64,000 nucleotides of DNA from Calcarisporiella thermophila CBS 279.70 (GCF_041956535.1 NW_027192201.1:346060-410059), one strand, 5' to 3'. Positions 1 through 13,733 are shown, counted from the stretch's first letter. Numbers and translations: made by a program. Notes: generated from the sequence alone by a model not told the origin.

Positions 1-40
1 TTAAAATAGATGTTATAGTCACGAAATGCAACAAATATGT

Positions 41-779
41 NNNNNNNNNNNNNNNNNNNNNNNNNNNNNNNNNNNNNNNNNNNNNNNNNNNNNNNNNNNN
101 NNNNNNNNNNNNNNNNNNNNNNNNNNNNNNNNNNNNNNNNNNNNNNNNNNNNNNNNNNNNNNNNNNNNNNNNNNNNNNNNNNNNNNNNNNNNNNNNNNNN
201 NNNNNNNNNNNNNNNNNNNNNNNNNNNNNNNNNNNNNNNNNNNNNNNNNNNNNNNNNNNNNNNNNNNNNNNNNNNNNNNNNNNNNNNNNNNNNNNNNNNN
301 NNNNNNNNNNNNNNNNNNNNNNNNNNNNNNNNNNNNNNNNNNNNNNNNNNNNNNNNNNNNNNNNNNNNNNNNNNNNNNNNNNNNNNNNNNNNNNNNNNNN
401 NNNNNNNNNNNNNNNNNNNNNNNNNNNNNNNNNNNNNNNNNNNNNNNNNNNNNNNNNNNNNNNNNNNNNNNNNNNNNNNNNNNNNNNNNNNNNNNNNNNN
501 NNNNNNNNNNNNNNNNNNNNNNNNNNNNNNNNNNNNNNNNNNNNNNNNNNNNNNNNNNNNNNNNNNNNNNNNNNNNNNNNNNNNNNNNNNNNNNNNNNNN
601 NNNNNNNNNNNNNNNNNNNNNNNNNNNNNNNNNNNNNNNNNNNNNNNNNNNNNNNNNNNNNNNNNNNNNNNNNNNNNNNNNNNNNNNNNNNNNNNNNNNN
701 NNNNNNNNNNNNNNNNNNNNNNNNNNNNNNNNNNNNNNNNNNNNNNNNNNNNNNNNNNNNNNNNNNNNNNNNNNNNNNN
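41..779. other. Assembly gap (N run)
   Basis: Continuous Ns. Confidence 0.99.
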
Positions 780-828
780 CAAAAGATTAACACAAAGTAT
801 GAATGCATCAAAAATATGGGGGAGCATA

Positions 829-1307
829 CCCATTAAGCCTATTTTTTTCTAAATACTCTTTAATCTTATCTTGATTGGCTTTTAGCCATCCGTCATCCGG
901 GGTTATTGCAACTTCATCACGATCAGTATTACTTTCAAAGAATAATAACTGCTTCAACATGCTGTCTCGTCTACTGATGAGTTTTCTACGCGCAACAAAA
1001 AATCATATAAGTACAATGAAAATACATAGTTTCCAAAATAAGTGATAACAAAAATGAACAAAATAAAACTTACTTAATCGCTGTTATCCTGGCATCTTCA
1101 GCTTTGATACGCAGTTCTTCTATAGATAGTGCCTGCAATATCGATATGGTGGTTAGACAAGATCATCATCACTCATGATTAAAATACTAATTCAAATGCA
1201 ATCCATTTAAAAATGAGCAGGATGATGGGCAAAAATCTCACCTGATCTAAGTCTTGGCTCATCGAATTTGTCACTGGATTTTCTTGAGTTAGTACATCTT
1301 GTGTCAT
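829..1307 (-). CDS. 5' exons of a spliced gene running into the gap (hypothetical; weak resemblance to an Eaf1/Vid21 N-terminus)
   Basis: ATG at 1307; three exons joined by GT-AG introns give MTQDVLTQENPVTNSMSQDLDQ|ALSIEELRIKAEDARITAIK|KLISRRDSMLKQLLFFES...EYLEKNRLN. Identity not established. Confidence 0.5.
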
Positions 1308-1932
1308 GATTAAGCAAATAATTAAGTAAAATGATGATATTGGTGATTGGGAGCCAATGACTTTGTCAATGACTGTCGCTTTTCATATCTCACTACACAC
1401 TAGCGCCGTTGCGACAGGGGGATGTGAATGGATGGATGTGCTGGAGTCCTGCCCTCAACAATTTTGCAAAAAGCAGTCAATTTTATTTGGGGATATCGCT
1501 CAAGCCAAAAGAGTGAGGACTAGACAGAAATCTGCTAGGCAAGAAGCATAGAGAGAACTACGCGCGTAATAACTCTCGATGTTAAGAGAATCACATGGCT
1601 TTACGAATGCTAACTATGAATAAGTCGATTTTATTGAAATGTGAAGAAACATTGGATTTTTGCCAATATCAGGAATAGAAAAGCCTATTGCTTCAACTAG
1701 GAAGAAATATATACTGAAGGATTGTTATGGATGACTGTTTAGGATACTTTCTACGTGCTTAGATACTTCCCTTTTGCACCTTTGTCCAAAAGAATAATGC
1801 CGTGAAACTGCATGTGCTTTTAGATTCTGATATCCTTAAAATGTAACTTTAGCGATTTGTGACTGGCTTCGACAATTTACATTGCCCTGGTTATTATTAA
1901 GGGTGGCAAAAGCACTGAGCGTTTAATAAATT

Positions 1933-2810
1933 ATGAGAATTTTAACCCTACGACCCCAGCTTCGCCTCTTGCTATTACCACGCTTTGCGAGAATGAGCAC
2001 AAATAATAGGACAACGCATATAGAGCGAACGGCGAGCGTGGAGAGAAAGCGGGTAAATACACAGCCCACATTAGAAGAATGTATTCGCAATCTAAATTCC
2101 TTTTATCACTGCTGAAGGAGTTTTTCCGTGCAATCCTCCTCTCAACTCATCAAGAAACGCCTACAGTTAAATCGTTTATTTATCAGACAGTTTCTTCCAA
2201 GCTGGAATTTTTGCCTGGCCAATGGCTGGATGTACACATTCCTAACGAAAAAGAGGTTGGAGGATTCTCGCTTACATCTACTCCAAGTCAGGCATTGAAA
2301 CACAACACCTTTGAGCTTGCTGTGCAACGCTCCAATAATCCAGCCGCAGTGCGCTTATGGGGTGCACAGGTGGGAGATGAAGTAAAAGTTAGAGTTGGAG
2401 GGAGGTTCTATATTTCTGAAAAGGAGATTCAAGAGGTTCGGGAGGGAAAAAGAAGAATGGTAGCTGTTGCTGGTGGTGTAGGAATCAACCCTATTTTCTC
2501 CATGATCTCTACCTTATACGAAGACCCCCCTAAGCTCCCCGTAAAATTGCTCTACTCTGCGCGAACATTTGACGAGCTTCTCTTCAGAGATCGACTTGCA
2601 AAGCTGCGGCCGTTAGAAATCAAATATTTTGTGACACGGGAAGACAGCAAGCAAAGGATACAAGAGTCGGATTTAAAAGAGGCAATTGACTGGGATGAAC
2701 AGGTAACATGTTTTGTGTGCGGGCCACCTCCACTGAACGACCAAGTTGTAGAATGGTGGACAGGATTGAGAAGAAATCCGGAAGATATCAAGTATGAAAG
2801 ATGGTGGTGA
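1933..2810 (+). CDS. Oxidoreductase NAD-binding domain protein (OXNAD1-like, FNR family)
   Basis: FLPGQWLD, GGFSLTSTP, AGGVGINP and FVCGPP motifs; one GT-AG intron ~2053-2118; N-terminus resembles a mitochondrial presequence. Confidence 0.85.
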
Positions 2811-2938
2811 AGTACCACATGCTAGTTCGAAACGAATTCGGCCGAATAGCGCATTTTTAAACTTTTAATAATGAGTAAATATTGAGAGGAGGAAAAGAAA
2901 AAAAAAAAAGAAGAGATATAATACAATCTAGTAATAAT

Positions 2939-3400
2939 TTAAAACCCTGGCGGAGAAGTGCGGATGGTTTGCTTTGTGAACTTGGGAACCTTATGTATAG
3001 ACTTACGATATCCTTTGGATGACCGGTTGAAAACGGTGTACTTATCACGTGCTGCCATTTCACTTTCTATAGGCAATTGCTGTGCAAGCTCCTACAAGCA
3101 AAATGCATTTAGCAAAAAACATTCGAAAGTAAAAATATATTTATTATATATTACCAGTGCCTTAAATCGAACTCCTGAATCGGCGAGCGTTTGGATAACG
3201 TCATCGACGGCTTTCAAGCGCTTCCTAAGATTGGCTTTGCGAGTCGTGCTCATGCGCCATGGATTTTTCCTAAACGTTAAGGATAAGAAACAGAAGTTTT
3301 AATTGAATGCTTAAATATTAGTAATGGTGGTATTTCATCAATAAACGCACCATAGAAGACCACTGTTCACAACGCTAGATACCCGGAATGCACCAAACAT
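2939..3400 (-). CDS. MRPL31: Mitochondrial ribosomal protein mL60 (3 exons; absent from ORF track)
   Basis: Spliced translation MFGAFRVSSVVNSGLLWKNPWRMSTTRKANLRKRLKAVDDVI...DKYTVFNRSSKGYRKSIHKVPKFTK matches the fungal MrpL31 GLLWKxPWRMS and DKYTxF signatures. Confidence 0.9.
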
Positions 3401-3556
3401 TATTGTAATTATTCTAGAGATCTTGCCGAGATTGTATATAACCACAGTTTTTGACAAGAAAATGCTGCGCCACTCAAATTTTGTAAACAATACTTGAATA
3501 TTGATTGTCCTTGTTAGGGAGAGCCGAAATCCTACCCATCCGTCTTTTATAGCACC

Positions 3557-4424
3557 ATGGTTCGAAAGCCCCCTTTTTCACTTTCGCGGGCTCTTCCGCG
3601 GATGTCATGGAACAAATATAATCTCTACAATATTGCAAAGAATCGCGCCAATCCCCCAGAGCTCTCCAATAAAACACTCTTCCAACAAAAGTGGCTATCT
3701 AAACGCCTAACACGTGCTTACCATGGTGACGAGCTCTCCGAACGCCAATTCACCAAACTGTTTAAATCCAAGCTCCCAACTGTGACAGGTATCACGGTTG
3801 AGGGAGGAGCCAATACTCCCGTGGCATCTTTGGCAGTAGCGGAGCTGGAGAGGCGATTGGACTTTATCGTATTTAGATGTCATTTTGCACCGAGTGTGTA
3901 TGCGGCGAGACAATTATGTACGCATGGTAAAGTGATGGTCAATGGAAAAAAGGTAAAGTACTATTTTTTTTACACTAGCAAAAACCCATACGGTGACTCT
4001 TAGCATGTAAGATATAATAACCCCCTTTACTATATCGTAGATGTCTTATCCATCACACCTAGTAAGAGACGGCGACATCATCACGGTACAGCCTTCTGCC
4101 ATTTCTATGCTCGCTCGGCCCAACCAACAACCTGGTGCCTCTACGGAAGAAGTTAAATCTGAAAGTGAACAAAACACAGACGCTAATAGTACATCCTTGA
4201 AATCGCGCAAGGATGGCTGGGACGTTGAGCATGAATTCAAATATAAGCCATATTCTCAACCGTTTATGTTCATACCGGACTATCTTGAAGTTGACTATAA
4301 AGCATGCTCTGCTGTTTTTCTACGATCGCCAGTCGCACGACCTGGTCGAACAGAAATCCCAACTCCCTTCCCATCTGAAATCCACGCGCTTGCGCATGAG
4401 TTTTATGCTCGTAATAGAAAATAA
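3557..4424 (+). CDS. NAM9: Mitochondrial ribosomal protein uS4m
   Basis: RMSWNKYNLYN, TLFQQKW..K..TRAYHG, ERRLDFIVFRCHFAPSVYAARQ (S4 domain), PGRTEIPTPF; one intron 3953-4040. Confidence 0.92.
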
Positions 4425-5002
4425 AATGATCTAGAATGGCGAGATGTATTGTTTACTGCTACTTTAATCACTTGTTCTCTTGTAAGAAATTTGATATCTC
4501 CTTTTCGGAATAGGAAATGGGATCAACTAGACTTCCCTGATGTCTTCATTTCATCTTTTTATCACCTTTACTTTTTCTCCATTTTCCCTTCGAGTTGTAT
4601 ATGGGATCAAAAAATGAAAATATATATATAGATTGAAATCCAGTGATGGCGGTTTTCTGCTCAGATAATCTCTGCACTATATATGAACAAGTCGTTAGCA
4701 TGAAGGATAGAATATATCAGTTATTGACGGTTTCACAAAAATAATCGATGATTTGTGGTACTATGGGTCAACGATACTTCAGCAACATCATGACCAGAGC
4801 AGGGTTTCAATATTTTCAAAGATATTAAGTAAAAGGATTATAGATATTGATAGAAAGCTATAAAAACGTTCTGAAAAACTGAAATAGCAAGGGAAATATA
4901 CTAGAAAAAAGTATATAATAATTTGATGGTTAAATGCCTCGCTGAGACTTCTATTAACGCCATGGTTATAAAAATATACGCTGGCCTATTTTGTACCGTT
5001 AT

Positions 5003-7998
5003 TTACTGCCCAGGAATGATTTCTATTCCGGCCAGTGCAACCATCCCTATTACTTTTTCTAATTTCACGTGTACAAGACCCCCGAGTACATCTATTCCTG
5101 TTTCAAGCATCAATCCCTTATTCGACTGCGCACTGATATCGACATCCATAAACGCAGCCCGATCTTGTAGAAATACATTTACAACTCGTGAGTGTGGTTC
5201 AACATCACCTAGTGCTGGCTCTATTAAGTGAATGCGAACGGTATAGGAACCATTAGCAATGGGTATGGTATATTCCATCAATTCTCCAGCTCTAAACGTC
5301 CCATATATAATTCCACGTTGTGAAGCATTAGGGTCTATTAGAGTAAGTTCAGCTGCACGCATGGGATCAGTCGCATTCCATGTACCTCCAGTAACATAAT
5401 GATCTGTGTCCCAGAAAGTTCCATCCGTAGAACTGTTCGTTGAACGAGCTCCAGAATTGATACGCACGACAGGGCGATACACCCACCTAACTTCATCGGC
5501 TACCTGAACCCCATTAGATTTTTTTGCTGTTGCTACAATTATATTCTCCCCCTCTTTCAACTTCACGTCCCTAAAGAGCACTGTTCTATTCTCCGGAACA
5601 TCACTCTCGCCAATCACCTCATTATTTAATAATAGAGTAACGTGGTCCATGGTAGTGTATAGCTTGACATCGTTGAGCTGCAGTTGGCGGTGAACAAAGC
5701 GACGATTTACGATGTGAACAAAAGGGGATGTGGTCCACTGAGATTTATAAAAGTAATACGCGTCCTTGCGAATCTGTCGATCATAAGTGACGAGCCCTTT
5801 GTCATTAATACCGTCCGCCTCGCCTTCATGCCTGGTATCAGAAGCAAAGTCGAATGCATTCTAGCAGAGATTGATTTTAATTTAGAAGGAAATTCGATCA
5901 TCTAGTAGAAATGGTATCCTACCCAGATAAATTTTCCCCAAATATAGGGTCTAATTTTAAAAGCAGCCCAATTATGCTCATGTACCATTGCTTGCCACTC
6001 TTCTGGATGGTAATTCCCTTGAGTATCGGGGTGGTGATTGCCATCATACCCGTGATGGTGAATAGATGCTCCGGCCCCATATTCGCTTACAGCAAAGCGA
6101 TACTCAGGGTGGGATTCGTGTAGACTCGTCGCCCATGTATCAACTTGTTCTACTAGAGGTTTGTACCTATTTTATTTATGAGAGATATGAAAAAGATGCC
6201 ACCATTAACAAAATAAATAGCCAAGAATCACCATCCATAATATTTGTTATATGCATGCACGTCAGTGTGATTGACCACACTATCGTCATCCGCCCGACAA
6301 CAATGCGCCATTGTCGTAAGCCTCGATGGATCCTCCCTGTGTGCAACTTCATTCAATAAAGCAATCACTGGGTCGGTGTTTGTTGTCTTGCGAGGTTCAT
6401 TTGTTAAGCTCCAGAAAAAAATGGACGGGTGGTTATAATTTTGGCGGATAAGCTCACGCAGTTGTTCGGAGGCATTTTCTGCGAACGCAGTAGAGTTTTC
6501 TGTAACGTAATCGATCACAGGCACCTCAGCCCATATACAAAGCCCGTTACGGTCAGCCATATCGTACACGTACTGATCGTGTTGGTAATGGGCGAGGCGA
6601 ATTGCAGTTGCGCCCATCTTAGAAAGTAAAGATGAGAAAACTCAAATTTCAAAATCTGCAACAATCATTGTATGGACAATAAAATTTACCTCGAGCACGA
6701 TACTCATGTCTTCCTCTCGATTGTCCTTTGAAATTGCCCATCCCTTATCAATCCTGTCTTGATGGAAACTAACTCCGTGCAAATCGAGATAATGCCCGTT
6801 TAGAAAGAACCCTTGTTTAGCATCAATAAAGAATGAACGGAATCCAAGGGGCTGAGAAACAAAATCCACCGTCTCTCCCTCATAAAGTAGTTCAGCGTGA
6901 GCTGTGTAGAGATAGGGGTCATTAATACCATTCCACAGATGCGGGTTGGACAATTGTGCTGCAGCAGTGAGCTCTATTGAATCTTTTGCTGCAATGTTCG
7001 CTGATAGGGTGGTAAAGTTGAGTACAATTTGGTTATTAGTGTCTACTACTACAAAACGGACTGACACTTGTACCGTGCGTTCTCCGTCATTTTCCAAGCG
7101 AGCTAGTGCCTCAAACTCCGCTTTTCTTTCCGTAACATTCTTTGGTGTAAAATATACTCCAGGGCCGCCATGGTCGCGCATAGCAAAATGGGCATCCTTC
7201 TTAACACTCACTAACTCTACCCCTCTATAGAGTCCGCCGAAAAAGGTGAAATCGCCTGTCAATGGAGGAATATCTACGTCTCCAGTATTATTGACACGCA
7301 CTGCGAGAATATTAATTCCATTTGGTCGTAGGTATGGTGTCAAATCAAATCGGAAAGCGGCGAAACCCCCTCGATGTTGCCCAAGATGATGACCATTAAT
7401 AAATACATCCGTTATACGATTACTACCGTTGAACTGGATATAATGTGCAAGGTCATTCATAGTATTGAGGTTATTGGGCAACACTAATTGTCTTCTATAC
7501 CACGCTGTTCCACGATAATAGTCACCTATCATAAAGAGAAAGCAGCTTAGATAAACTTGAAGCAAAGGGGATTAATTCCATAGCATCATGTGTACCTCCT
7601 TGTTCAGGTGACCCTCCATCTTGCCCATCATAATTATTCCAAGTGTGAGGCAATTCAACCCCTACCCAATCTCCTCCTTCCTCGAAATCCTCTTTTTCTG
7701 CTCCTATAACATCAGCTCTTCTGAATGTCCATCCTCTCTCCAGAAGCATATAATATCTCTTCTTTATTGGCTCATATGTTAGTGTTTGGGAACGAGAAGC
7801 TGGAGATCGTCCCAGGGAAGTGAAGAGAACAGCAACTATCACCACTGCAAGCAAAAGCATGCAGCCAAATATGCTAAGAGAAAGGGCGGTCTTATTTAAT
7901 TTCCAAGGATTTCGTTTAGCCTGAGTAATTGTTTGGTGTTCGACATCCTGGTCAGTACTTTCGCCATTTATGAATGGAACCTCTTCATCCTCCTTCAT
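5003..7998 (-). CDS. GH2 glycoside hydrolase (probable beta-glucuronidase) with N-terminal TM anchor and C-terminal malectin-like domain
   Basis: LPHTWN, HRGGFAAFRFD, IRLAHYQH, WAEVP, NHPSIFFWSLTNE (acid/base), SEYGA (nucleophile), GINDKGLVTYDR; hydrophobic segment LSLSIFGCMLLLAVVIVAVLF; several GT-AG introns. Confidence 0.88.
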
Positions 7999-8746
7999 GA
8001 TTGACCTAAAGAGTCGATCTTCGCAATAATTTTATTTTTATTGTTCTCTGCCGCGCATTTGTGTGGCGAGGGGTCCACAATGGGCAAGAATTAAAATAGA
8101 GCAAATCACGAGTCGAAGTTCGAAAACATTGCAGAAATTCTGAAACCGCTCTAATCCAAAGAAAGACAAACGATCCTAGGCGTGAATTCTCGATCAAACC
8201 GATAGCGTTTTTATCAGTCGGGGTCAAACATGAGATTACCCCCGGAGTCGAGCAAAAGGTCTTTGTTTATTTCAATGAACGTGGTGGAATGTAGGTATTC
8301 GCCTTACATTGCGTATAAACGACTGCTCGTATTATGGTAAAAGCTACACTAGCTGATATTTGAATATCACATGGTCACCATATTGAATTGCTTAAAATAA
8401 AGATTGAGATTAGAGATAAAGATAGAGATAAAGGCAAAGTTTGCAACATTCACGACATTACGAGGTTAATGATATCTAAAACTTGTCCCTTTTTCCTAAA
8501 TGATTCGTAGGAAAGGCACTTTAACCGTGGAAAATTTTTAATAATTAATAATAGATCAGTGTCTCGGACAGCGTTTCTATTATAGATCAAAGCCAATAAT
8601 TGTATTTTCAAATTATGCTACTTCAGGAAATCCCTTTTTTCTATAAATACCGAAAATTGGCAATATCACCTTGAGAAAGCCTTTCTGGCCCTTCATTCAC
8701 ATCTCAATCCTTTTCTTACTCTCTTTGAAGCCGAACAATTAGTGAT

Positions 8747-10768
8747 ATGAATCGTAATGCAGAAGTCCGAGATAGTATATCGAGCAGCATATTCCAAAGC
8801 GGCCACACCGCGCTGGATCTAGGGAACACTACCTCCGATGAAAAAATTGAAACTAAAATTCAGTTGCAACCCGATAAAATATCATTCAAAGTTATACTAT
8901 TGATCAGCATCAGTTTGTGCATAGTCGTCTTTCTTGCTGCCCTCGATCAGACAATTGTAACCACCGCTCTTCCTCGAATTGCCTCTGAGTAAGAACAATT
9001 CTAAGCATTCGGGTTGTTGAACTTATTGTTTTTGACTTTATTCTAAAATGAATAGATTTAATTCATTGGGCCTATATTCTTGGGGTTAGTAACAATTATG
9101 CATAGTCTGATTTAATAGCCAGTGTTTAACTCCAGTAACCATAGTCGGTACTGCCTTTCAAATCACCTTTACTGCTTTTCAGCCACTCTATGGCAGATTA
9201 TCGGACATCTTCGGTCGCAAGCCGATCATTATGTTTTTAATTATCGTCTTTCTTATTGGAAGTGCGCTTTGTGGTGCATCTAACAGCATGGTGATGCTCA
9301 TCGTATTCCGAGCTGTCCAAGGGATCGGCGGCGGAGGACTTTGGGCACTCGCTCTCATTATAATTGCTGGTAATAAAATACTCTTTCTTAACGACCATTT
9401 TCTTTCCCATTGATTATCCAACATCATTGATAGATATTGCTGCTCCAGAAGATCAGGGTAAACTACAGGGGATCATTGGGGCGGCATTCACAATCGCCTC
9501 TATCATCGGCCCGCTTATAGGCGGTGTATTCACCGACAAGGTCACCTGGCGTTGGTGTTTTTATATAAACTTGCCCATTGGCGCCGTGGCTCTCTTGATG
9601 ATTTTTTTCACAGTTCGCATTCCTATGCCCAAAGGGTCCATTCTCTCCAAAATTAAGCGCATTGATTTTCTTGGGTCAATCGTTGTCATTGCTATAACCG
9701 TGTGTTTGTTGCTGGCCATCAGCTTTGGAGGAAACGAGTTCAGCTGGAATTCGGCCGTAGTAATCGTATTGTTTTGCGTTGGGGTACTTCTAATTGGGAT
9801 TTTTGTGCTCGTTGAGGGAAAATTTGCGATCGATCCAGTACTACCAATGCGCCTCTTCAAGAACTTAGACTTTGGTCTATTGTCACTTTCGAATTTCTTC
9901 TTTGGGATTGGGTTTTTTATTGGATTTTTCTACGTGAGTATATGCACACCTCCCGCATGTGTAGGTACATTGACTAATTATTGTATTTCCGCTAGTACAC
10001 CTACTATTTCCAGATACTTGGAGCATCAGCCACAGATGCAGGAATTCGATTTCTTCCTATGTCACTTGTTCTTATAGTTGTCAATATTTCAGTTGGGTTT
10101 GCCGTTAGCTATTTGAAGAAAGTGAGGCCATTTATATGGGTAGGATTTGCAATTTTACTTGTGGGCGCGGGACTGACCACAACCTTCAGCGTGTCCACGA
10201 GTGCATCAATGCAAATGGGTTACACGGTCATTGTTGGCGCGGGAATGGGATTTATTGTTCAAACACTATTATTGGCTATGCAAATTGCAGTAGATCCGTC
10301 AGAGTAAGATTGTTTGGCATATACAGATTCAGCCGAGTTGAAGATATACTAATACAAATTTTAATTTTTATTTAAAGTATTTCAGTCGCTACTTCGGCGG
10401 GAATGTTCTTCAGGACTTTGTAAGTTATTTTCCCCATCCTTGATTTGATATGTCATTTATTATTCTTTCTCCTTTGCAGAGGCATGTCATTTGGGATTGC
10501 AATTGGTGGAGCACTGCTCAACAATCAGCTCTCGACTGGTCTTTCAAAAATTCCCGGTGTCTCCGTTGAGTTGGCTAAAAACAATCTCTCCTATGTCAAA
10601 AAGTTACCTCCACAAACCAGAATCCGCGTCCTTAGAGTTTTCGTTGGTGCGCTGCAGTGGGTCTTTAGGTCCGCGCTAATTTCTTTTGGAATAGCCGGAG
10701 TGCTGGTATTGTTCATCAAATATCGACCCTTGTCAAAAGAAGCACTGGAGGCACCAATGGAAATGTAG
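8747..10768 (+). CDS. MFS drug:H+ antiporter (DHA2, 14-TM)
   Basis: FLAALDQTIVTTALP, GRLSDIFGRK, FRAVQGIGGGG, WRWCFYINLPIG; multi-exon. Confidence 0.92.
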
Positions 10769-11395
10769 ACATTTTGTAAAATCGACTAAACAGTAATGCT
10801 GTTTGCGAATCATAGCTACCTATGCATTTATATTTTTTTGTTGTTGCAAGCTAATACTGTATATTATTATTATTTGTAATTAATATGCTTCTTCCTCTCT
10901 CGTATATAAATTTAGAGGCTCCCTAGCCCTCTATTTAAATACGCATCGAATTGACTCAATGATGGGTAATATGTCTATTTCTGGGTTTATCAAGCAATTT
11001 GCCACTTGTGGATCTAAGACCGAAAAAAATTTTGGTTACTTGAAAATTTTCAAAAAGAAACCAAAATTAAACATTGAAGATTAATTAAATCTGCTTTTTT
11101 GATTTTAATATCTTCCAGTAGATTTGCACTCCAAATTTTCCATCCATTTATCGCATACATGAAAAATTTTACAATGTTATCAAACGCACAATCTTTGAGT
11201 TTTCAATAAATCGTTGCTTCATAAACTTAGGTAGAGTATTGAAAAATCTCCATAATTTTTAACCCATCCTTTTTCAGAATAAATTAAAGCTTGGCTCAAC
11301 TGAAAGTGCCTTGAAAGTGTTACTCTCATTAGATTCCTTCGAAACATACTTTGAAATAAATGCGAAATTTATTGAAGTGAAAACTAATTTTGGGT

Positions 11396-13326
11396 TCAGT
11401 TTATTATTCGTACATCCATAAGATTCGACCAATCCATTTCGACCACTTCTTGTGCACTTGTCTCTACAGCATCAACTAAATACGCATCCCCTAGTTCAAA
11501 TTTTCGTAGTATTGGCTCACCAGCTTCGTCGTATTCGCGAGCTTCATTAGACCAAGGTGAGGCGGCAACGGTGCTCGGGTCAAGTCGGAGAGTCACTGTG
11601 TCAGAAGAAGGATTATAGGCCTGTACAGTTGCTACCTATTATATAAAATACGGATAAATAAAGATACCTGTATGTACTCTATATAGTGAAACTTGCTTTA
11701 AAATCAGATACAATAGGAGTATAATCTGCCGTCATTTCTAAGATTTTATATGCAATAACTTGACCCACTACTGGCCGGCCAAGTAATTTAGCCATCGCTT
11801 CATAATTGTGCTGCCCAGAGGAAATATCTCGATCGTTCGCTATAATGTGTTCAACATTACAACTCGGTTCATTTGCCAGAGCGCTAGCTATTGTTTGGGT
11901 TTTAGATTGTACATCTTCATCGCTCTTTTGACGCCAACCTTGTCTCGCAGGAGAATTACGAGGAGTCTCTGGAGAGCTGATTCTATTCCTTACTGATGGA
12001 TTGGTGGACGTTGGAAGTGAAGCCCTACGTTGCTGTCTGTAATGATGATACCCCTCCTCTTCGACATCGACTTCAGTCACAAAGGCTCGGGCAGGTGGCA
12101 ACGATTTCGGAGAGCTCTTATTGGCCTAAAGAAACAAAAAGATGATGTAAATACGAAACATCATATTACTCTTTTTGTTTCTTACCTGGACGTTATCCAA
12201 CGTCGAATCCTCATGAACAACGTCCTCTATCTGATCACTATCAAATCTTATATGCTGTGATCTTTTTCCACTCATTTCTTTTAGATAACCCTTTCTTTTG
12301 TTTTTTGTCCCAGAGTGAAGTGGTATGTTAATGGTATTCTCTTCATAACTTTTCGCTTCTTTGGTTTCATTATGCTTCAATCGTCTGACGTTTTCGTCGT
12401 CTGACTCAACTTTGTCCATGTCCTTGTTTTCTTCCTGAGATGAGTTAAGTAACTGAAGTAAATGCTTTTTCCGCTTACGGAGGTTGCGTCGCTGAGTTTG
12501 AGTGAGTTTGGGTTTGGAGAGTGAGCCTTCTGAAGTATTTGCTAAAGGAGCTTCAAACAGTTGACTACTAAAATAAAGGTGTTAACAAAAGCTAAACTAC
12601 TGGAATTGGATCCATATAAATGTTAAAACTCGCCTGTCCTTATCGACGGAGGAAGCCGCGTCAACTTCTGCTTTGCTAACATCATTATCTTTTCTTAAAG
12701 CATCCTCTTCTGTCGTTTCACAACAAGTATTCTCTTGCATATCCTCCTTTTCCTTAGATCTTTTATGCTTTTTTTTCCTTTTTTTCCTTTTTTTTTCTTT
12801 TCTCATTTGCTTGAGTATCTCTTAATTCGTCATCACATGACTTCCTTTTATGATGCAGAGTGGGAACATTTCGTGCGTCTGAGTGCCTATTCGCGCCTAC
12901 TTCTCCGATATTAGTCGCTTCAGAAAGAGATGTTTGGGTAGCAAAATCGAGGTTTTTAGACTTGACGCTATAGATAGTATAAAAATATATCAATATTAAT
13001 TCACCAGTCAAAGGTAGAAGCATGTTTTTCACATATTTCAGAGAAAATTCAATTCAGCCCGATATATACCAAACGAGATCATTCTCTCTCAGCAGTTCAA
13101 CTGCAGGAGATCTGGAGAAAAGCGCATAGCCATTCAAATGTAGCTCCACTTGTCCAGGTAATTCGAAGTCGCGAGCGATTCTCTCTGCAAGTTCACTTAT
13201 GGATTCGTCATCGTGTTTAGATGTGAAAGGGGAGGTTTCAAACGAAGCTGGTGAAGGACGTGAGGCAATATGGTACCAACAGCTTTCGAATGTCAGTGGG
13301 TGCTCAAAATTGAGCCTAATCCTCAT
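11396..13326 (-). CDS. Coilin-like protein (Cajal body scaffold)
   Basis: N-terminal MRIRLNF...CWY...ISELAERIARDF...LLRENDLV (coilin N domain), Lys-rich middle, C-terminal Tudor-like VGQVIAYKILEMTADYTPIVSDFK...MDWSNLMDVRII. Confidence 0.75.
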
Positions 13327-13685
13327 CTCTATTAAGTAGAGCTTAACAGCTGATCTCGAGGCTAAAAATAACAGTATAGCGAATTATTACAGCAGTCACA
13401 TATATACACCAAGAGATTTTTAATTTCGGTCATTTCCTAGGGAAGAAAATTTTCTCTTTTCTAGGTTCCAATCCTGAACAGATATACTGAATTTGGGAGA
13501 TTTCAAGTTGGATCATACATATCACATTTAGAATGACATCTCAGCATCGATTTTTAGGAAAATCTACACTTGGGAGGTGAACCAGTCGAGGCAGGGAAAG
13601 TTTCTTTACCAAGAAATAATACTCGTGCCCGGGAATGGTATCACTTCCTTTCGATGAAAAGAGAGTATACTTTGTCCGATTTTTC

Positions 13686-13733
13686 CGATCTATACAGAGC
13701 ATAATTAAAGGAGAATTTGCTCTGTATAGATCG
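13686..13733. repeat. Perfect 16-bp inverted repeat
   Basis: CGATCTATACAGAGCA-N16-TGCTCTGTATAGATCG. Confidence 0.9.

Noticed and set aside
26-852. ORFs spanning the first N run
   Set aside because: Artefacts of translating Ns.
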